DNA of 63,851 nucleotides from a virus (Duplodnaviria; Caudoviricetes): IMG/VR virus record IMGVR_UViG_3300024423_000001, positions 1 to 63,851 of that record; one strand, 5' to 3'. Shown piece by piece: positions 58,850 to 63,851 of this stretch (position 1 is its first letter; each line of letters starts with the position of its first letter). The notes under the pieces were generated by a model. It saw only the letters and a program-made list of their open reading frames with translations, ran no database searches and was not told where the DNA came from. The position numbers and the translations under genes were made by a program.

Positions 58850-59202
58850 ACGAATTATTTGTAAATGAAGACGATATTGAGACCGTCGTTATCAAGCGTA
58901 GGGAGAAGGAGTTCAGGTTCAGAATCAGGAAGAGTATCTCATGGCTGGAACGCCAGCGGATCTTGTCAAGACATGTCGTCATCAGGAGGACTGGTGATTT
59001 CGAGATAGATTGGGCTGGACTCACGCTCGATCTCGCTCGTTATGCTATCGTCGAAGCACCTTTCGAAGTGACGGAGGAGAATCTCAAACGACTCGACGAG
59101 TCAGTGGGTTCGGAACTTGAGCGGTATCTGCCTCTGACATCCTTTCGTTCTCTCGTTGAGCGAGCGCCGGAGGATTCGAGAAGCGTATTACGGGTCCGTT
59201 AA
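58846..59202 (+). CDS. Tail assembly chaperone
   Basis: Between the tail tube and tape measure genes. Confidence 0.75.
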   Translation: MNELFVNEDDIETVVIKRREKEFRFRIRKSISWLERQRILSRHVVIRRTGDFEIDWAGLTLDLARYAIVEAPFEVTEENLKRLDESVGSELERYLPLTSFRSLVERAPEDSRSVLRVR

Positions 59203-59368
59203 CGAGTTCACTCCGCACTTTATCGAGGTTCAACTCGCTCGTGAATTGCATTTGTCTCCCTTAGAGGTTCGGAAGATGGCAGCCCGAGATGTCCTTGTGT
59301 ATATGGAGTTTCTTACTTTGATTAAGGAAGAGGAGCGCCGAGAGGCGGAACGTATGAGAAATGGTTGA
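59144..59368 (+). CDS. Tail assembly chaperone frameshift extension (+1 frame)
   Basis: LARELHLSPLEVRKM; TCC TTT CGT shift site at 59140-59148. Confidence 0.7.
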   Translation, partial: FVLSLSERRRIREAYYGSVNEFTPHFIEVQLARELHLSPLEVRKMAARDVLVYMEFLTLIKEEERREAERMRNG

Positions 59369-61025
59369 GTTCTCGCTTGTGTATAACATTACTGCCAGAA
59401 TCTCGCAGGCACTTACCGGACTGCGGAATGTTGCAGCTGGCATTGAAGACTTAGGTCGAACCTCGAGGAGATCGGCAAGAGACACTGAACGGAATCTTCT
59501 CGTCCAGAAACTGAGTTGGTTAGCGTGGGCTGCTGCTGTTGGTTATTCAGTTAGGGAAATAATCCTCCGCAGTACTGTCTTATCTACATTTATTAGAGGG
59601 CTTGGTAGTATCTTCATGGCATTCCTCGACACTGCACTGGCTCCGCTAATTCCGTTCTTTGTCAGGATCATCGGCTGGCTGATGCGGTTGTATAGATGGT
59701 GGCGTAATCTACCAGCACCTGTTCGGGGAGCAATCGGCGCCTTCTTGCTCTTGCTCGGCTCGTTAGCTACTGTCATTACGTTCTTGAAGGCATTTGGATT
59801 TATTCTCATGCCATTACTCCACATATTCAGATTCGTCTGGCGTGGAATTCTCGGAATAACGAGACTCGCAGTTGCGGGAATTGCTGCTCTGATAGGTGCT
59901 GGTCCAATTGGCTGGGCTATACTCGCTATTATTGGCATTGTAACGTTTCTTCTCCTTGCATGGAAATACAACTGGTTTGGGATGCGCGACGTCCTCAACC
60001 GAGTCGGTGCTGCGATAAAGGCTGGTATCCTTGCAGTAGCCGGGTTCTTAAAGGATTTGGGTGTTAAGATAGTCGAGTTCTTTGCTGGACTGCCGCAGTT
60101 CTTTGCTGAGCTACCAGGTAAGATCGCAGGTGCACTCTCGACAGCAGGCTCGATTATCGCAAGTTGGGCTGCTTCCGCCAAGAATACGATAGTTACATTC
60201 TTCACTTCATTGCCAGAACGGGCACGGTCAGCATTCGATGTTCTGAGGGAGAAGTGTAGTTCGGGACTTGAGACAGTTCACAATTTCTTTCAAGAGCACT
60301 TCCCGACTCTAACACGAATCGTTGATGGTGCTATGTCGGTTTTGGGATCTAAGTTGTCGGAAGGACTATCCTCAATGGTCTCCGTCACGCGCGGTAACTT
60401 ACCCCTGATAGGAAGCGCTTGGGACAAGTTACTCAGGGGCGATATACCAGGTGCATTCCGAGATTGGTCGCAAGCCATCGTCAACATTAGCAGGGGAACG
60501 TTCGACACCCTAAACAACCTCACTGGTGGTCGACTTGGTGAGTGGCTAAACATTGCGGTTGGAAAGTTTAACGACTTTGTTGATAAAGTAAGGCAGTTCG
60601 GTTCCGAGGTGGTGGATCGGGTTCGGTCGTTTGGCTCTGTGTTTCTTGAGGCAGGTCGCTATCTTGTTGATGAGCTTGTGAAAGGTCTCGCTAACATTGG
60701 CGATCGAATTTGGAACGCCATGAGAGCTGGGCTTTCGGATGTAGCGAATAAACTGCGGGACTGGGCATCTGGCCTGATAAGTTTCTCTCCTCGTATCTCC
60801 GAGATTCCTGCGATCTTTGCTCGGACGCTTAGCCGGGGCTTTGCTGCTCGTGGTTTCGAGGCTCCTCGAGTTCATGTGGGAACACCTGCTGCCGAATCGA
60901 AAGTTGTTCAGTTCTCACCTACCATTACAGTCAATGTCGAAGTTAGGGAGGGAGGTAAATCACCTGAGGAGCTAGCGGATGAAATCGCAAGTTTGCTCCA
61001 GAGAAAGATGGAGGCGATTCTCTGA
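59361..61025 (+). CDS. Tape measure protein
   Basis: Helical, Ala/Gly-rich, TM segments, periodic W/F. Confidence 0.85.
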   Translation: MVEFSLVYNITARISQALTGLRNVAAGIEDLGRTSRRSARDTERNLLVQKLSWLAWAAAVGYSVREIILRSTVLSTFIRGLGSIFMAFLDTALAPLIPFFVRIIGWLMRLYRWWRNLPAPVRGAIGAFLLLLGSLATVITFLKAFGFILMPLLHIFRFVWRGILGITRLAVAGIAALIGAGPIGWAILAIIGIVTFLLLAWKYNWFGMRDVLNRVGAAIKAGILAVAGFLKDLGVKIVEFFAGLPQFFAELPGKIAGALSTAGSIIASWAASAKNTIVTFFTSLPERARSAFDVLREKCSSGLETVHNFFQEHFPTLTRIVDGAMSVLGSKLSEGLSSMVSVTRGNLPLIGSAWDKLLRGDIPGAFRDWSQAIVNISRGTFDTLNNLTGGRLGEWLNIAVGKFNDFVDKVRQFGSEVVDRVRSFGSVFLEAGRYLVDELVKGLANIGDRIWNAMRAGLSDVANKLRDWASGLISFSPRISEIPAIFARTLSRGFAARGFEAPRVHVGTPAAESKVVQFSPTITVNVEVREGGKSPEELADEIASLLQRKMEAIL

Positions 61026-61390
61026 TGCCCGAAGTAGAGATTGGTGTTGGAAGTGACAAAGTAACTCTCAAGGTTGAGAAGATAGCCGAACGGATTAGTA
61101 AACAACCAATTGTATCACCCTTGCCTGAAGCCGAGACTGTCATGCTTGATTTAGGCCAGATAACTACAAAGATTGTAATGGAAGGTTTCTGGACTAATTA
61201 TGGCGATAAGAGCACGTTCCTATCGAAGCTCGTGTCATGGGACGGTAGTGAAGGCGGTATAGAGGTTAAATTTCCTCATGAGGGCAATCGAACTATCAAG
61301 ACCTGTATTGACAGTTGCATAGTAACTTACATTGAAGGCGAAGGTCAATGGAAGTTTACGCTCACACTTAATCAGTATTATGGGACATGA
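61025..61390 (+). CDS. Distal tail-like protein
   Basis: Follows the tape measure gene. Confidence 0.55.
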   Translation: MPEVEIGVGSDKVTLKVEKIAERISKQPIVSPLPEAETVMLDLGQITTKIVMEGFWTNYGDKSTFLSKLVSWDGSEGGIEVKFPHEGNRTIKTCIDSCIVTYIEGEGQWKFTLTLNQYYGT

Positions 61391-63621
61391 AATGGGACTT
61401 GTGGATCAATGGACAGGGCAGTTATCGTAGTCGTGTTGTAGGTTTGGAGATAGTTCGGAAGCGTGGTCAGCTTACGCTGGTCAAGGGCACCTTAGTTGGA
61501 GTGTCTGAGAGCGAGGCGGATTCAATTGACTTCTGGTCGTTGTTTACGCTGAAGAGTTCTTCGCTGTCCGAACCAAATTATACAACAATACAGGGCCGGA
61601 TAACGAAGAAGAACTATGATAAGTTCAGACGCCAGTTAGAGTTTACGGGTTATGATGCTCTCATTAAATTCGATCAAGATGCGGGCGAGGAGCAGATCTT
61701 TGAGAATGTTACTGCCCGCTCGGTTCTCCAGGCACTGATCTCGCAGTATGTGGAAACGACTAACACGAGTCTGGTCGTTGACACCTCTGATGCGATTCTC
61801 GATACCAAGCTGTCATTCAGAGTCTCGCGGGATTCGATTCTCAAGCTATTCGCAAAACTACTCTCGCTTATAGGTGCGAGCTGGTATCTCAGTTATGAGG
61901 ACTGGCAGGACGGTTACTATCTCCATGAGAAGGTCAAGGTCTTTGTGCCGGGATCGGTTTCGGCTGATTCGGTCTCGGATTCAAAAGTTCGAGGAGTTAG
62001 TGTCTCACGTAGCCGGTCTATCATTAATGCTGTAAAGGTCTTAGGTCGTGGTGATGGCATTAATCAACTGTGGAGCTATGATGATCACAGTGCAGGTGAG
62101 CAGCGGGCTGTCCTGAAGACCGAAATTTCAGAATCTACAAGTCCTCCCTTTACCATAAAGATTTCAAAGCCTGCAAGCTTTCCTCAGTCTGGTGACATCT
62201 GGATAGGTCGTGAACTGTTCCATTTCGACAGCAGGACCACCGCTGATGGTGACTATCAGTTAGACATAAGTGAGCGGGGCAAATCTCCAGGACTTAGTGC
62301 CTATCGTCATGAGAAAGGCATTATTGTTAGACCTGCTTATCCCGTGACGTATCCTCATAGTAGTTCTTCCATAAAGAAGTTCGGATTACAATCGAACGTT
62401 ATTACTGACAAAAGCATCATTGACCAGAACTGTCTCGACCGCCTTGCCAACAGGATCATTGAGAACCATGCGAAGCCGGGCAAGAATCTTACTCTTGACA
62501 CAGCCTACACAGACGATTATGACGGTTTGCCTGGGTTTAAACTTACTTATGATGACGAGGACTGGATAATTGCGGAGATCAAATATTCGGAGAAGCCGTA
62601 TCCGCGGACTGTCATCACGGCTGGTCAGGTGTATTCTCCTCTTCTTGAAGAGATCAAATCCATTGAACGCGAAGTAACTCTTGAGCAGGCTTACGGTCAG
62701 GGTGCTACGAACCTCTATCAAGTGGGTCCAGTTGTGGAGTCTATTGACAACAGCAAGCCATTCAAGTTCACGTTGCGAATACCTGAGGATGCAGTCGCTA
62801 TCAATCTTGTGAGAGTCAGTCTCAAGTCGCTACCGTGGCGTAGTTACGAAAAGGTGACGGAATACGAAGAGCCTTCGGACGTGCCCACCTCAAGCACAGA
62901 TAAGGAGACAATAACCTCGAAGGGGCCGACGCATACCACTTCAGAAATCGTCTCTACATTTTGTCGTGACGATGCCTCGACTGTATTCATGACAGGCAAG
63001 GTTATCACTTCGAGTACTTATTTCACTCTTGATCCGCCAGCCGAATACGACGCTTCGAAACATCTTCGGACGCGGGTTGTTGCATTCGTCATGAACTTTT
63101 CTTACGAGGACTCATTTACCCTCAAGCGAGTCAGGCTGAGGGACATCGAAGCAGATACGTGGCTTGAGACTAAGGGACAGAATGTGGAGATCCCGCGAGG
63201 TCAAGCTCGGGCATTCAGATTTACACCTATTACAGATAGTTCAGTTGCCAGCCATCGGCTCAGAGTCCATGCTGAGGCAACAGAACCGACACCGTGTTTA
63301 GGACTCTTAGCCTTCCGTGAGGTCGAATACAAGCATGAGCACGACATCCAGTTCGGCGGGCACAGCCACACAATAGACAAATCCTATTTCAACCACAGAC
63401 ACGATCTAGAGCACGGTATCTTTGAAGAGGAGGGGTCAGGTAATCCATTATATCTCAAGGTCAACGACACAGAAGTTTGGTCCGACATATCCTCCAAGAC
63501 CGATAATCTTGCAGACTACTTCAAGCCTGGTGATAACAAGATTGAGGTTGGTCTCAGCTCTGGCAGCCTTGGCAGGTTCCAGTTCGATGCCTGGGTCAAG
63601 TGCTTTGTTGAATCTCGATAG
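61387..63621 (+). CDS. Baseplate hub/tail tip protein
   Basis: Position; GYD.L, N.V.V.G.GDG. Confidence 0.65.
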   Translation: MKWDLWINGQGSYRSRVVGLEIVRKRGQLTLVKGTLVGVSESEADSIDFWSLFTLKSSSLSEPNYTTIQGRITKKNYDKFRRQLEFTGYDALIKFDQDAGEEQIFENVTARSVLQALISQYVETTNTSLVVDTSDAILDTKLSFRVSRDSILKLFAKLLSLIGASWYLSYEDWQDGYYLHEKVKVFVPGSVSADSVSDSKVRGVSVSRSRSIINAVKVLGRGDGINQLWSYDDHSAGEQRAVLKTEISESTSPPFTIKISKPASFPQSGDIWIGRELFHFDSRTTADGDYQLDISERGKSPGLSAYRHEKGIIVRPAYPVTYPHSSSSIKKFGLQSNVITDKSIIDQNCLDRLANRIIENHAKPGKNLTLDTAYTDDYDGLPGFKLTYDDEDWIIAEIKYSEKPYPRTVITAGQVYSPLLEEIKSIEREVTLEQAYGQGATNLYQVGPVVESIDNSKPFKFTLRIPEDAVAINLVRVSLKSLPWRSYEKVTEYEEPSDVPTSSTDKETITSKGPTHTTSEIVSTFCRDDASTVFMTGKVITSSTYFTLDPPAEYDASKHLRTRVVAFVMNFSYEDSFTLKRVRLRDIEADTWLETKGQNVEIPRGQARAFRFTPITDSSVASHRLRVHAEATEPTPCLGLLAFREVEYKHEHDIQFGGHSHTIDKSYFNHRHDLEHGIFEEEGSGNPLYLKVNDTEVWSDISSKTDNLADYFKPGDNKIEVGLSSGSLGRFQFDAWVKCFVESR

Positions 63622-63655
63622 GTTGAGTTCTCTTGAGACTCAGGAGGTGTTGCTT

Positions 63656-63851
63656 ATGGAGCGTTGCGAGATAGATTTAAGTGAACTCTATCCTGAACCT
63701 GAAGACCCAATCGAGGAGGCTCTGTTTCAGAAGCAATATCACATACCGTTTAGAGACGCCTACGGACGACGACAGGTCTGGGACATTGATACACCGCTTG
63801 AGGTCAAGTTGATTCTTGAGGCTATCCTCCAGGACGTCAGTGATCACGAGT
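63656..63851 (+). CDS. Hypothetical protein (~100 aa) spanning the circular junction, ending at TAA 228-230
   Basis: GGAGGTG RBS, ATG 63656; frame stays open across the junction (MERCEIDL…FGFEPY). Confidence 0.75.
   Translation, partial: MERCEIDLSELYPEPEDPIEEALFQKQYHIPFRDAYGRRQVWDIDTPLEVKLILEAILQDVSDHE
63729..63851. repeat. Terminal direct repeat (copy of 1-123)
   Basis: Identical to the first 123 nt. Confidence 0.95.

Noticed and set aside
498-62721. Numerous short antisense or overlapping ORFs in the six-frame track
   Set aside because: They are shadows of well-supported genes on the opposite strand or frame, without RBS or motifs.

Overview
This appears to be a complete, circularly assembled genome (about 63.7 kb; 1-123 repeats 63729-63851) of a head-tailed archaeal virus. 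The host is probably an anaerobic archaeon, based on GGTGA/GGAGG RBSs, Alba, PolB, archaeal-type primase, XPF and a class III RNR. There are two divergent arms. The minus-strand early/replication arm runs about 3.3-22.4 kb. The plus-strand morphogenesis arm runs from 24.2 kb across the junction to 3.26 kb: terminase, portal, MuF, protease, HK97-type capsid, glycosylation cluster, adhesins and siphovirus-like tail. The top finding is that the major capsid gene is split by a 694-nt intron (37707-38400) with a perfect archaeal bulge-helix-bulge junction. The intron encodes an HNH homing endonuclease, and canonical tRNA-type splicing restores the frame exactly (…VSS-Y-NGVP…). Other findings: a radical SAM/SPASM enzyme with a CxxxC-repeat target protein in the structural operon; a head-module cluster of intein-containing DNA ligase, MBL hydrolase/nucleotidyltransferase, LigD-like phosphoesterase and Alba; an 8-member paralog array; dispersed 119-bp inverted-repeat elements; a tRNA-like minihelix; a UCC-UUU-CGU +1 frameshift in the tail chaperone; and several disrupted genes. 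All protein calls are by-eye motif recognition; no database searches were run.
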